From: an uncultured bacterium | Lineage (GTDB): Bacteria; Verrucomicrobiota; Verrucomicrobiia; Limisphaerales; UBA8199 | Assembly: GCA_963749495.1 (NCBI GenBank) | Contig: CAVVMW010000006.1 | Location: forward strand, 224,001 to 288,000 | Direction of reading: 5' to 3' | Length of the DNA: 64,000 bases | In this document: in pieces, positions 32,953 to 44,788 of the stretch | Layout: each line of letters opens with the position of its first letter | Position numbering within the stretch: position 1 is the stretch's first letter | The notes under the pieces: model-generated | Told to the model about the DNA's origin: nothing | Seen by the model: the letters and a program-made list of their open reading frames with translations, nothing else | Databases searched by the model: none | Made by a program: the position numbers and the translations under genes

Positions 32953-35900
32953 ATGGCCGGCCTAACCGCTCTCAACCCGTTCTTTCTGACGCTGCTGCCC
33001 CTGGCGGGGGTGCCGGTCATTTTTCACCTCTTCTTCCGGCTCAAGAAGCAGGCGCGGCCGTTTCCGACACTCATGTTCTTCGCGCGCCTGGACCCCAAGC
33101 TCAACGCGCGGCGCCGGCTGCGCCAGTGGTTGGTGCTGCTGCTGCGCACGCTCCTGATCGCGCTGGTGCTCCTGGTCTTGGCCCGCCCCGTCTGGTTTGG
33201 GGTCGGCCGGCAAGGCTCGGTCGCGCTGTGCCTGGTGCTCGACAACTCCGGGTCCATGAGCGGGGCGGGTGACGGCGGCCAGACCAAGCTCAAACACGCG
33301 CTCAACGCCGCGCGCAGCCTCATCCTGCAATTGCGCAGCCAGGACAGCGCAGGCCTGGTGCCGGTCGTGGACGACCCGGCGGCCCCGCTCCCGGCAGGGC
33401 TGACCCCGGACAAACCGGCGCTGCGAAACGCCCTCGATGGCCTCGTCGAGACCGAGGCCGGCGGCAGCGCCGCTCGCGCCATCGAGCGGGCAGTGGCGAT
33501 GCTCGAAGGCAGCGCGGCGTCGCATTTCGAGCTCCATGTCCTGACCGATTTGCAGGAGGAGAAGTGGGGCCAGACGCCGGTGGACCTCCGGGCGCCGCGC
33601 CGCGGCACCCGCATCGTCGTCCATCGCATCCCTTCGCCCCGCGCCAACCGGCCCAATGTCTCGCTGGCTGGTGTGCAAACGGCCGCCAGGACGATGCGTG
33701 CCGGGCGGCGCCTTCCGCTGGAAGCCCGGCTCATCAATCCCACCGGCGTCGAGGGCCGCATCCGCCTCAATTGGCAGGACGACGCCGGCCGGCACGGCAG
33801 CCAGGAGCTTGCCCTGCCTCCCCAGGCCGATCAGAGTGCCACCCTCGCGCTCCAGGCCCAGGACCCTGGCTTGCGCTGGGTCGATGTCTGGATCGAAGGC
33901 GACGAGTTCACCGCCGACAACCGCGCGCCGGTGGCCTTCTGGTGCCCGGAAAAGCGTCCGGTGTTGTTCGTCGGGACTCAGCCGGAATTCGGCCTGTTGC
34001 CGCTGGCGATGTCGCCCGTCGGCGAGGGCGCGCTCTCCGGGCTGATGCCCTCGTTCATCGAGGCCTCGGCCCTGGCTGGCAGCCTGCGCAGCGGGCCGCC
34101 GGGCTTCGCCGCGCTGACCTGGGAGACGATGTCCGGCGCCGGCGCGGGCTTGAGATGGGCCGCGCTCAGGCAATTCCTCGATGCGGGTGGCAGCGTCCTC
34201 CTGGTCCCGGCGAGCGCGTCAGCCAGCCTTGCAGGCCGCCCCGATTGGGTCGGCATTTCCGCCGAGCCGGCGCAAAACGCGCCTGGCGGTTGGGCCCTGG
34301 CCGTTCTGGCGAAGGCGCACCCGATGTTCAACGACTTGCGGGACGAAAAGGGCGAGGTCGCATTGCGGAATGTGAAGGTGTTCAAGTTCTGTCCGTTGCG
34401 CGGCGCAGCCACCAACACACCCGTGCTCGGCCTGGAAGACGGCCGGGCCGTGCTGGTCGAGCAGGCCCTGGGCCGCGGGCGCCTGCTGGTCTGCGGGCTG
34501 GCCTTCGACCCCGCCTGGAGCACGCTGCCGCTCAAGCCGGGCTTTGTGGCCCTGGCGCAGGGCATGGCCCTGGCCCAGAGCGCCTCAGCCACGAACGTCC
34601 TCTCGCTGGTGGCCGGCGAGCCGCTTCGCTCTCCCGGCTCCGCCTCCATCCGGGTGCAGTCGCTCGTCGGCAGCCCGTTCGATTGGAAGGGCGGGCCCGC
34701 CCAACTGACGACCCTGCCGCGCTCCGGAGTCTATGCCATCCACAACGGCAGCCAGACCACTTACGCCGCAGTCCGCGCCGCTGACAAAGAGGGCCGCCAG
34801 AAATTCCTGGCCGGCGAGCGCGTCCCCGCCCTCGGCAAGCTCCCCTATAGCGTCCGGGACTTCGCCGGCCCCGAATCGCTGGTCTCCGACTTCCGGAAAC
34901 TGGAACGATCGCTGGACCTGGGGCCGCTGCTGCTCGCGCTGGCGTTTTTTTGCCTGATCGCAGAAGGCATCCTCGCCAACCCGTTGCCGCTCCGCGCGCG
35001 CCGTGGTCCTCGCTTCGTCCCGGCGGCAAGCCGGGCGAGTCCCGCGAGTCCGACGGGTCAGACGAGTCCGACGGGTCGGACCAGTGTATTCGGTGGTTCG
35101 CTCCTGGCTTCGGTGGGCACGGTCCAGTGGCACCCCCGGCTGGGGGGCATCTGGTGCAGTCTGATCCTCATGGCGGCGGCGGCCTGGATCTGGGTGGTCT
35201 ATCGGCGGCTGGAGCAGCGGTTGGGGCCGCCCAAGGCCCGCTGGCTCATTGCCCCCAAGGCGGGCGCTTTGCTGTTGCTCTCGCTGGTGCTGTTGGACCC
35301 CGTCTCCGCCATCCACAAGCCACAGCCTGTCCGGGGCAAGCTCCTGGCCCTGGTGGACTGCTCCTCGTCCATGGACGTCGCCGACGATTACCACCAGCCG
35401 CGCAAGGCGCGCGCTCGCGCCATCATCGAGCAGTGGCAAAAGGCCCTGCCCGAGGGGGTCCAGCTCGATCGAGCTCGAGTTCGATACCTCGATTCACAAG
35501 CCGGGTGCCTCCCCGGGCGCCGCAGTGCGAGAGACCGACCTGGCCGGCTGCCTGCTCGGCCTGGCTGAGCGCGCGGACATTTCCTCGTATCTGGAGGCGG
35601 TGATGCTCACCGACGGCGGGGACGAGCCGATCGAGAGCGCCGCCCTGCCCAAGGTCCCGCTCTCGTTTGTGGGCATTGGGGCCGATCCCGCCAGTTGGAA
35701 CGACCTGGCCCTGAGCGACGTGCAGGCCCCTGCCATGGCGGAGAAGGACGTGGACTTCGAGGTCACCGCCGATCTTCAGGCCCGCGCCGGGCACGGCCAG
35801 GGCTTTGCCCAACGGGCGGCGCGCGTTCGGGTCACGCTCGAACATGCCACCTCCAGCAACACCTGGGAGCGGCTGGCCGAGCGGGCGGTGGATTTGTCGA

Positions 35901-37334
35901 ACCTGCGCGCGCGGGCACGGCTGCCGGCCCGGAGCAGCCAGACCGGCCTCCAGCGTTACCGCGTTTCGGTGGAATCCCTGGCCGGGGAACTCTCCCTGTT
36001 GAACAACTCGAGAACCGTCGCGGTGAATGTCCAGAAGAAGGCCCTGCACGTGCTCTATTTCGCCAGCGAACTGGGCCAGGAGTTCAAACTGCTGCGCAAC
36101 GAACTGGGCCGCGACCCGGGCCTGTCGTTCACGGCCCTGCTGCGCACCGCGCCCAACCGTTTCACGCTCCAGGGGGATCGCTGGGCCGGCGACGAAGCCC
36201 TTGGCGGCGGCTTTCCCTCGAACAAGAGGGGCCTCGAACCCTACGACGCCGTCATCATCGGCTCGTTCCCGGCCGAGGAATGCGCGCCCCAACAGGCGCA
36301 GGCACTGATGGATTTCGTCGAGGGGGGCGGCACGGCGATCTTTCTGGGCGGCGACAAATCGTTCGGGCGTGGGGGTTACGCCCGGACTTCGCTGGCCGCG
36401 CTCTTCCCGTGGCGGCTCTCGGAGCTCGAGCCCGAGCCGGAGCATGGCGCCTTCCCGGTTGGCGTGCCGCCCATGGGCCTGGGACATCCCATCCTCGCGA
36501 GCGTCCAGGAGGCCGTGGCCGCCGGCGGCGCCACGCTCGACAGCGTGAACCTGGTCCAGGAGCTCAAGCCGGGCGCCACCGCCTTGCTCGATGCCCAGGT
36601 CGGCGCCAGACGCCTGGCCGTCATCGCCCTGCAGCCGTTCGGCAAGGGCAAAGTCCTCGGCATCGCCAGCAACACGCTCTGGCGTTGGGCCACCCAGCCG
36701 GAACCGTTGCGCTCCGCCTACGGCCTGTTCTGGCGCCAGGCCATCCGCAACCTCGCCGGCCGGACCGAGGGCGGCCAGAACCTGGCGGTGCGGTGGGACA
36801 GGGACTTCTATCGCCCCGGCGAACAGGCGCTGGGAGAGGTCCGGGTCCTGGGCGCGGCTGCCGCCGGTGTGCCGCATTTCACAGCCACGCTGACGCCTGA
36901 ACGGCCCGGCGTGGCGGCGGGCGCGCCCGTTGCGCCGGTGAGCGTTGAGCCGTTGCCGGGCCAGGCGCAGGCCTTTCAGGTGAAATTGCGCTTCCGCGAG
37001 CGCGGCCAATACGCCTTCCGTCTTGTGGCCTCGCAGGCCGAGCGCGTGCTGGAGACCTACGAGAAGAGCTTCGCGATCGCGCCCCGCGCGGCCGAAAGGC
37101 TCGAGGCTCGAGTTGGACGAGACTTTTCTCAGGCAACTGGCTGCGCGCGCCGGCGGGGCCTACTACCGCGAGGCCGACTCGAGCCAATTCCTCGAACGCC
37201 TCAAAGGCAGGCAGTCCCGGCAGGCCGCCCTCCAGGAGTCTTCACTAGTCGAGGCCGGCCCATGGTTTGCCGGGCTGTTTCTGGGCGTCCTGGTCTGCGA
37301 ATGGATCCTCCGCCGCCGCCTGGGCCTGTTCTGA
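32953..37334 (+). CDS. BatA/vWA membrane protein read in frame into a second vWA + GATase-like (DUF1355-type) protein; frameshifts near 35470 and 37095
   Basis: BatA N-terminus PVIFHL...FPTLMF; MIDAS DNSGSM and DCSSSM, LTDGG; W.W...Y.LFWRQ; terminal EWILRRRLGL. Confidence 0.75.
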
Positions 37335-37461
37335 AGCGCGGCGTGTCCTGTCCTTCGGGTCCCTTTAGTCCCTTCAGGGCATGCTGTGTCCAATAACTAG
37401 ACACGCTCTTAAGACAGTTACCTGCACCCTGCGTGGCGAAGCCCCTGGAGTGCGGGGAGAT

Positions 37462-37571
37462 GGAGTGCGCCCGTCCTCGGGCGCAGGGACGTCCGCAGCC
37501 AGGGCAGCGGCCAAGGGCTCCGGCGCGCCTGCCCGCTCCGGTGCTGCTGCGCCCGGGGACGGGCGCACTCC
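37462..37571. repeat. REP-like inverted doublet
   Basis: GGAGTGCGCCCGTCCTCGGGCGCAG ... CTGCGCCCGGGGACGGGCGCACTCC. Confidence 0.7.
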
Positions 37572-37780
37572 AGACCCCCCGGCTGGGGACGGCACGGCCT
37601 ATGCTACCTTTTCAACCGGGAACACCGAAGCCACTTGCTCCGGTGTGCAAGCTCTGGATGCCGGGGTTGGTGTTCCCGGTGCAGTGCTAGTGACTGTTGG
37701 TTCTCATGGTTCCGGATCGGGCAGGCCTTCTCAGGCCGGCCCGTTCTGCTTGCCGGGGGCAGGGGGCCGCTGACAAAGTT

Positions 37781-37915
37781 GTAGCGCAGGTTTCCAAACC
37801 TGCTGTATCGCCGATTTCCAATCGGCAGGGCGTCGGCATGTCGACCGCAGCCGATTTGCGGACGGCCTGCGGGTTTGGAAACCCGCGATACGGCAGGTTT
37901 GGAAACCTGCGCTAC
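37781..37915. repeat. GTAG-type REP doublet (REPIN-like)
   Basis: GTAGCGCAGGTTTCCAAACCTGC ... GCAGGTTTGGAAACCTGCGCTAC. Confidence 0.8.
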
Positions 37916-37979
37916 GCCGGGGCGCGCGCCTCTTATTGCTTGGACTTGGCTTGCAAACCGTGGTTACCCTGCAACGGGT

Positions 37980-39451
37980 ATGGACGAGAGCAATTCATTG
38001 ATCGAGCAGCGCAAGGCCAAGCTGACGGCGTTGCGAGCCCGAGGCATCGACCCGTTCAGGAACAAGTTCGCGCCCACGGAAAAATGTGCCGAGGCGCGGG
38101 CCAATTATGCCGAGGGCCGCGAGGTGGCCGTGGCGGGGCGCGTCACCGCCCACCGGGACATGGGCAAGAGCCTCTTCATCGATGTGCGCGATCAAAGTGG
38201 GCGGCTGCAGGTGTACGCCCAGAAGAACGTCTTGGGGGACGAGCAGTTCGACGTTTTCCGGCACCTGGACCTGGGGGACTTCATCGGGGCGCGCGGCACC
38301 CTCTTCACGACCCGGACGGGCGAGATCTCGGTCCGGCTCAGCTCGTTCGTCATCCTGGCCAAGGCGCTGCGGCCGCCGCCTGAAAAATGGCACGGCCTGG
38401 CCGACACCGAGATTCGCTACCGCCAGCGATACCTCGACTTGATGGCAAACCCCGAGGTCAGGGACCTCTTTCTCAAGCGCAGCGCCATCTTGCGCGAGAT
38501 CCGCAACTTCCTCAACGACCGCGGCTACGTCGAGGTCGAGACGCCGATGATGCAGGCCATCCCCGGCGGCGCGGCGGCCCAGCCTTTCGTCACCTATCAC
38601 AACGCCCTGGGTTGCAATTTCTACCTGCGCATCGCCCTGGAACTCTACCTCAAGCGCCTGCTGGTGGGCGGGCTGGACCGCGTGTATGAACTGGGCCGCA
38701 ATTTCCGCAACGAGGGCCTCTCCCGCAAGCACAACCCGGAGTTCACTATGCTGGAGGCCTACCAGGCCTACGGCGATTACCGCACCATGATGGAGTTGGT
38801 CGAGTCGATGATCGCCCACGTGGCGCAGAAGGTCCTGGGCACCCTGGTCATCGAGCACAAGGACGCCCAGGGCAAGGTCGTCCGCACTATCGACCTCAAG
38901 CCGCCCTGGCGCCAGGCACGGTACAAGGACCTCGTCCGGGAAAGGCCGGCCTCGACTGGTTCGAGGTCTGCCCTGCCGAGCGCCGGCGCCGCGCCGAGTT
39001 GCTCGGGGCTGAGATCGGCCCCGGCTACGAGGATTTCGAGGTCACCGGCGCGGTCTTCGAGAAGCTCATCGAGCCGACCCTCATCCAGCCTGCGTTCGTC
39101 ACGCACCTGCCCAAGGAGTTGGTGCCCCTGGCCAAGCTCTCCCCGGACGACCCATCCACGGTCGAGGTCTTCGAATGCTGCATCAACGGCCAGGAGATTG
39201 CCCCGGCCTACACCGAGCAAAACGACCCCCTGGAGCAGCGCGAACGCCTCGAACACCAGGCCGGCGGCGAACAGCAGAAACTGGACGAGGACTTCCTGGC
39301 CGCCCTGGAGCACGGCATGCCCCCCGCCGGCGGCATGGGCATGGGCATCGACCGCCTTTGCATGATGCTCCTGGGCCAGGAGAGCATACGCGACGTCATC
39401 CTCTTCCCGCAATTGAAGCCCGCCAAAGGAGGGCAAGGAGACCCTGCCTGA
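37980..39451 (+). CDS. lysS: lysine--tRNA ligase class II (frameshift near 38940)
   Basis: YRQRYLDL, GGAAAQPF, YLKRLLVGG, FRNEG, HNPEFTMLE, GMPPAGGMGMGIDR. Confidence 0.97.
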
Positions 39452-39549
39452 TTAGCTATGAGACTCCGTGTCCCTGGCATCCCCGAAAGTCCGGGCCGGA
39501 GGCCCGGACAACCGGCAGACCGGAGGTCTGCCCCACATTGGACCCCGCT

Positions 39550-41186
39550 ATGAAAACTCCCCCCTGTTCGTTTCACGTGCTCCTGACTATTTGTGCTGTG
39601 GGTGCCATGGCCTTGTCCGCATTCTGCGGCGATTTCATGGAGGACCTGACCCGGCTCAGGGAGGGCCGCAGCCGCCGGGCCACGTCCACCTTCCGCGCCG
39701 GCCCCGATGGCAAGTACGACCCCAAGGCCGAGCCCAAAGGCGATTACGACGAGGCCAGCAACCGGGACAACCGCACGGTGGCGCCCGGCGCCACGACGGT
39801 GTTGCTGGATGAAAAGGGGCCCGGGGTGATCACGCACATCTGGCTGACGTTCCTGGGCCCGAGCCGCAGGATTGGGCCAAGAACGGCTCTGCCAATCACC
39901 AGGAGATGTTGCTGCGCATGTACTGGGACGGCAATCCGCGCCCCGCGGTCGAGGCGCCCGTGGGCGATTTCTTCGCCAATGCCTTCGGCAAGCGCAGCGA
40001 GGTCATCAGCCTGCCGGTCCTGGTCGAAGACGCCGATGCGTATAATTGCTATTGGCAGATGCCGTTTCGCAAGTCGGCGCGGATCGAGATCGTCAATGAA
40101 GGCGACAAGCCCCTGAGCCTGCTCTACTTCAATATCGATTGGCTCCAGAAAAGGAGCCTGCCGCGCGACACGCCCTATTTCCACGCGCAGTACCGGCAGG
40201 AATACCCGGCGCAAAAAGGCAAGGATTACCTGGTGCTCGAAACGCAGGGCCGGGGGCACTATGTCGGCACGGTCCTGAGCGTGCGCACGCGCAGCCCGGC
40301 CTGGTTCGGCGAGGGAGATGAAAAGGTCTATATCGATGGGGAGGCCAAGGCCTCGATCTGGGGCACCGGCACCGAGGACTATTTCCTGTGCGCCTGGGGT
40401 TTGAAGAAGTGCAGCACGCCCTATTTTGGCGTGCCGTATTTCGACCAGTGGGGCATTGTGGGCAGCCATACCAGCGCCTATCGCTGGCACATCCACGACC
40501 CCTTCGTCTTCCAGAAGGGCATCAAGGTCGCCTTCGAGCATTTCGGCTGGATAGCCCCCGATGAGAATCCCCAGCACCGGAGCACCAGTTGGAACGAGCG
40601 CGAGGATGATTACTCGAGCGTGGCCTTTTGGTACCAAACCGGCGCGCCCACCTTCAGCGCCCGCGCGCCCCATGCCCGCCAGCGCCGCCTGCCCAGCCTC
40701 GAGCGCGTCATTGCCTTTGCCCGCGATTTCGACAACACCCTCCACCACGGCCCCGGCAACGCTGTAAAGCAACAACTGGACCTCTACCCCGGCCCCCAAT
40801 TGCTCTACAAACCGGCCCAGACCCAAGGCGCCTGGCTCGAAATCCCCTTCGAGGTCAAACGCAAAGAGCCGCTTCGCCTGCTCCTGAACATGACCCGCTC
40901 TTATGACTTCGGCCAATACCAGGCCTTTCTCAACGGGGTCAAAGTCGGTCCGGTGCTGGACTGCTACAACGAGAGCATCATCAACGAGGAATTCCATCTC
41001 TTGGACTTCTGGCCCGACCCCGGCCCCTACACTTTGCGCCTGGAATGCGTGGGCAAGAACTATCGCTCTGCCGGCTTCTACCTGGGCCTGGAATCCGTGC
41101 GCCTGCGCGAGCGCCGTCCGCGCGTCGAGCAGTTCGGTTTCGACAAAGACAAGGATTGGCGGAAGGAACAAGTGCTCTACCAATGA
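39550..41186 (+). CDS. DUF2961 (GH172-like) secreted protein (frameshift near 39860)
   Basis: GPGVITHIW, LRMYWDG..P.VEAPVGDFF, WFGEGDE, GTGTEDYF, YRWHIHDP, SSVAFWYQ. Confidence 0.88.
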
Positions 41187-41251
41187 GCCGGACCAGTCAG
41201 ACCAGTCCGACGAGTCCGACCGGTCGGACCGGCCAATCAGAAAGAGCCGGT

Positions 41252-43276
41252 ATGTCGTGCGGTTATTGGCGGCTGTTGGTCATGGGGGCGTATATCGGGG
41301 CACTGCTGGATTGCGCGGCACAGGAAGGGCGCTCGGTCCGGCTGCGCATCGAGAAGGCCGGAGACAGCCCCTGGCCGGCGGCGGTTGGGGTAGTCCAGGT
41401 CTGGCCCACTGCCGGCGCCTCGGGCAGATTCAGTCTGTCGTCGACGGATGGACACCCCGTGCAGGCGCAGACGGTCTTGTCAGCCATTGGCGAACCGACG
41501 TTGATTCGGTTCAACACGGGGGGCGGGGCCAGCGCCTACTACGTGGACTTCAGCACCAATGCGGCAGCGGCGCCCGGCAGTTGGAATCCCGAGGCTGGGG
41601 TGCTGCTGGAGACGCGCGCCTGCGCCGAACAACCGCTCAACACGCTGGAGCAGGTCCGTCGAGCGGCCAACCAGGCCGGGCCCGCTTACGGACGGAGTTA
41701 CGTGCCCAACGTGTTCCTGGGCATGAACCCTCACGGCCCCAGCGGGCGGTATGTGGCGCTCTGGAGCGGCTGGTTCAACGCCCCCCGCGCCGGCGAGTAT
41801 AGCTTCGCCACCGCTTCGTCGGACGCCTCGTGCCTCGAGGTGGATGGACACCTGGTGGCAGACTGGCTGGGGCGTCACGGCCCGCACGGCGGCCTGCAGG
41901 GCCAGCACAGCGGCCGCATCCAGCTCAAGCCCGGCGTCCACCATCTTGACTACCTCCATGTGCAACTGGGCGGCGAGCCTGCCGCCGTGGCGGCTTGGAA
42001 ACCGCCCGGGGCAGACCGCTTCGAGGTCATCCCCGCCTCGGCCTTCCTGCCCGTTGCTCGTTTCCAGGTGAGCGGCGTTGAGCCTCCGCCCTCCGCCCCC
42101 AACCAGACCTACTTCGAATGGCAGACCCGCGACCACTTTGTCCTGGGCGACTCCCCGGTGGTCCGGGTGCGGTTCCGCGTCATCCAGCCGGCCCAGCGCC
42201 GCACCTACAAGTGGCAATTCGACGACGCCGACGAGGCGGACGGGGCCGTAGTCCAGCATTTCTTCCTTCAGGCCGGCACGCGCCAGGTCACTCTGGCCGC
42301 CTGGGACAAGGGGAGCTGCCTGGCCAGCAACAGCGTCCGCCTTCGCGTGCATCCAAATTGGCTCCAGCGCGAGGAGTGGCGGCCGGAGGTCTTCAATGAG
42401 GCCAAGAACGATCTACTGAAGCGGAACCTGGGGCGGGCGCCGGCGCGCGACCTGCTCGATGCCCTCGATTGGGCCGATCAACTGGAGGATTGGCAGCTCC
42501 TGGTTCCGGTGGCCGATGCGATTTTGAGGCGCGCCGAAGAATTCAGCGCCGCGGCCTACGGCGCGACGTTTTTCAAGCTGGGCCTGAGCCTCCAGCACCA
42601 GGGTGACCGCGGGGATGGCCTGGCCCAGGCCGCCCTGCGTCTGGCCCTGACCCCGCAACGGACCTCCTCGGCCATCAGCGAGCGGGCGCGGCTGCGATTG
42701 GCCGACCTGCTCATTCACGCGAGCGGGGCCTTGGACGAGGCGGGCCAGTTGCTCGAGGGCCTGTCCGGGGCAGGGCTCGCGGGTGAAGAACGCCGGCTGT
42801 GGAAGCTGCTGCAGGGCGACCTGCTGCTGGCCCGCAGGGATGTCCAGGGCGCTCGCAAGCTCTACGCCACCCTGGGGGATGCCACGCCAAAACCGGGGGT
42901 CCACACGGCCCTGGGCCGTGCCGCGCGGTTGGAGAGCGCGAGCATCTGGCTCCAATGCGGAGAATTCGATGCAGCCCAGCACGCGCTGGACTTGCTGGCC
43001 TTCGAGGCGCCCCTGGAGCGCTTGGCCCTGGACACCGCCCTGCTCCGCGTTCAGGTTAGCCTCAAACGCAAGGAGTTCCAGCGCGCCTTTGCCGCCAGCC
43101 AGGCCCTGGTGCCCGCCGCCGGCCATGACCCGGCCAAGGCGAACCTGCTCTGCTGCGTGGTGGAATCTGGCCTTGCGCTGGGCAAGAGCGAGCCCGCCCG
43201 GAGGGCCCTGCAGCAACTGCTCAAGGAATTCCCGTTCAGCGAAGCCGCGGCCATGGCCAAGAGCATGGCCAGGTAG
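41252..43276 (+). CDS. secreted protein with PA14-like, PKD-like and TPR-like regions
   Basis: AGEYSFATASSDAS..EVDG (PA14-like), YKWQFDD (PKD-like), helical C-terminus ending LLKEFPFSEAA. Confidence 0.65.
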   Translation: MSCGYWRLLVMGAYIGALLDCAAQEGRSVRLRIEKAGDSPWPAAVGVVQVWPTAGASGRFSLSSTDGHPVQAQTVLSAIGEPTLIRFNTGGGASAYYVDFSTNAAAAPGSWNPEAGVLLETRACAEQPLNTLEQVRRAANQAGPAYGRSYVPNVFLGMNPHGPSGRYVALWSGWFNAPRAGEYSFATASSDASCLEVDGHLVADWLGRHGPHGGLQGQHSGRIQLKPGVHHLDYLHVQLGGEPAAVAAWKPPGADRFEVIPASAFLPVARFQVSGVEPPPSAPNQTYFEWQTRDHFVLGDSPVVRVRFRVIQPAQRRTYKWQFDDADEADGAVVQHFFLQAGTRQVTLAAWDKGSCLASNSVRLRVHPNWLQREEWRPEVFNEAKNDLLKRNLGRAPARDLLDALDWADQLEDWQLLVPVADAILRRAEEFSAAAYGATFFKLGLSLQHQGDRGDGLAQAALRLALTPQRTSSAISERARLRLADLLIHASGALDEAGQLLEGLSGAGLAGEERRLWKLLQGDLLLARRDVQGARKLYATLGDATPKPGVHTALGRAARLESASIWLQCGEFDAAQHALDLLAFEAPLERLALDTALLRVQVSLKRKEFQRAFAASQALVPAAGHDPAKANLLCCVVESGLALGKSEPARRALQQLLKEFPFSEAAAMAKSMAR

Positions 43277-43277
43277 A

Positions 43278-43527
43278 TCAGCGGCGGTAGAAGCTGGAGC
43301 CGGATTTCCTGGCGGACGCGGTGCGCTTCTTGCCTTTCGGGGCCTTCTTGGCCCTTGGGGCCTTCTTTGCCTTTCGGGACTTCTTGACCTTCGCCTTCTT
43401 CTGCTTGGCCCCGGCGAGCGTCAAATGCTTGGCAGCCGGGCCGTGGTGAACCGTGGTCCCGAGGCCCTCAGCCAAGCCGGACAACGGGAGAGCTCGCCGC
43501 CAACAAAAGGGGAATAAAATAGCGCAT
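43278..43527 (-). CDS. small Lys/Ala-rich basic protein, probably with signal peptide (frameshift likely)
   Basis: ATG 43527 MRYFIPLLLAAS, then in a shifted frame ...KQKKAKVKKSRKAKKAPRAKKAPKGKKR. Confidence 0.45.
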
Positions 43528-43620
43528 ACGATTTCGTTACCGGGCACAGTTATACGCGATTGCGACCCCAAGGCAAATCAAATCTGCGCCGCAAGGCCTC
43601 ACGGAGCGACACCGTGGGCA

Positions 43621-43770
43621 AACCCCTCACCCCGGCCCTCTCCCCATCGGATGGGGAGAGGGAGAATCATGCGTAGCGTCTTGAAGAAGCGGAGACTCCA
43701 GGACGTTCCAGAGATTGCCGACGCTTCTCCCTCTCCCCTTCTGAAGGGGAGAGGGCTGGGGTGAGGGGTT
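43621..43770. repeat. CCCCTCACCCCGGCCCTCTCCC palindromic element
   Basis: Full-length homolog of 5014-5191. Confidence 0.8.
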
Positions 43771-43789
43771 GGCCGGTGACTCTGCGCGG

Positions 43790-44694
43790 TCACTTGACCA
43801 ACTCGAACTTCTCCAGCATGGCCAATAGCGCCGCGTTGAACTCCTTGGGCTTTTCGCCCATCAGCCAATGCCCAGTGCCCTCGATCGTGAGGTAATCGGT
43901 CTTGGGAGAGCGCGACCGGGCGAAGGCCTCGTATTCGGGCGTCCACCTCGGGTTCCTGGCATTGATGACCAGCACCGGGACGCTGGCCTGGCCGAGGTCC
44001 CAGGCGGGTTGCCCCGGCTTGAACATCCCGTCCATGGCGCTGCTCAGCACGTATTGCGGGGTGGCGAGCACCTGGGCGAGGACCCAGTCCCGCAACTCTT
44101 CGGTGCCGGGATTTGGGAACATGGCGGCGATGAACTTCCTTATGTACTCCCGGTAGTCGGGGGCCCGGAATGGCGCGATGAACTCCTCGAACTGCTCGGG
44201 AGTCCCCTGGGCCGGCGCAAGAACCCATCCACGGCCACCAGCGCGGCTGTCTTCTCCGGCGCCTGGGCATAGACCCGGCAGATGACCGGCACACCCATGC
44301 TGTGCCCGACCAACGTCGCCCGGCCCACGCCCGCGTCGCTGAGCACCGCCAGAACCCCGCTCGCCAGAAAGTCCATAGTGTATGCGGTCTCCGGCTTGTC
44401 GCTTTGCCCGTGCCCGGGCAGGTCAACCAGGATCACCTTGGCCTTGTCTTTGAGCGCCGGGATCTGCTCCCGCCAGAACAGGACATTGCCGCCCCAGCCG
44501 TGGATCAAGACGACAGCATGGCTGCCTTCACCGCCGATCAAGTAATGCACGCGGTTGGTGCCAAAGGGGGCAAAGCGCGACTTGCCAAAATCCAGTTCCT
44601 TGTTCGACAACGGCGAGGCTGCCAGGCGCGCCTGGCTGGCGAGCAAAACCACCGCGAGAGCGGCCGGCGCGAAAATGCGTGTCACGATGTTCAT
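43790..44694 (-). CDS. secreted alpha/beta hydrolase (frameshift near 44200)
   Basis: IHGWGG, DLPGHGQSDKP, GHSMG; C-part GTGHWLMGEKP. Confidence 0.88.
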
Positions 44695-44788
44695 GGCTGA
44701 TTCAGGATGGAGTATCCTTCACCCGCGCCAGAAGCGCCAGCGCCATTTTGGAAACTATTGACCCGGGGTCTAATATGACTTGCGTCAC

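Noticed and set aside
38930..38950. Programmed frameshift in lysS at GGGAAAGG
   Set aside because: Indistinguishable from the many other indel errors, and I know of no recoding in lysS.
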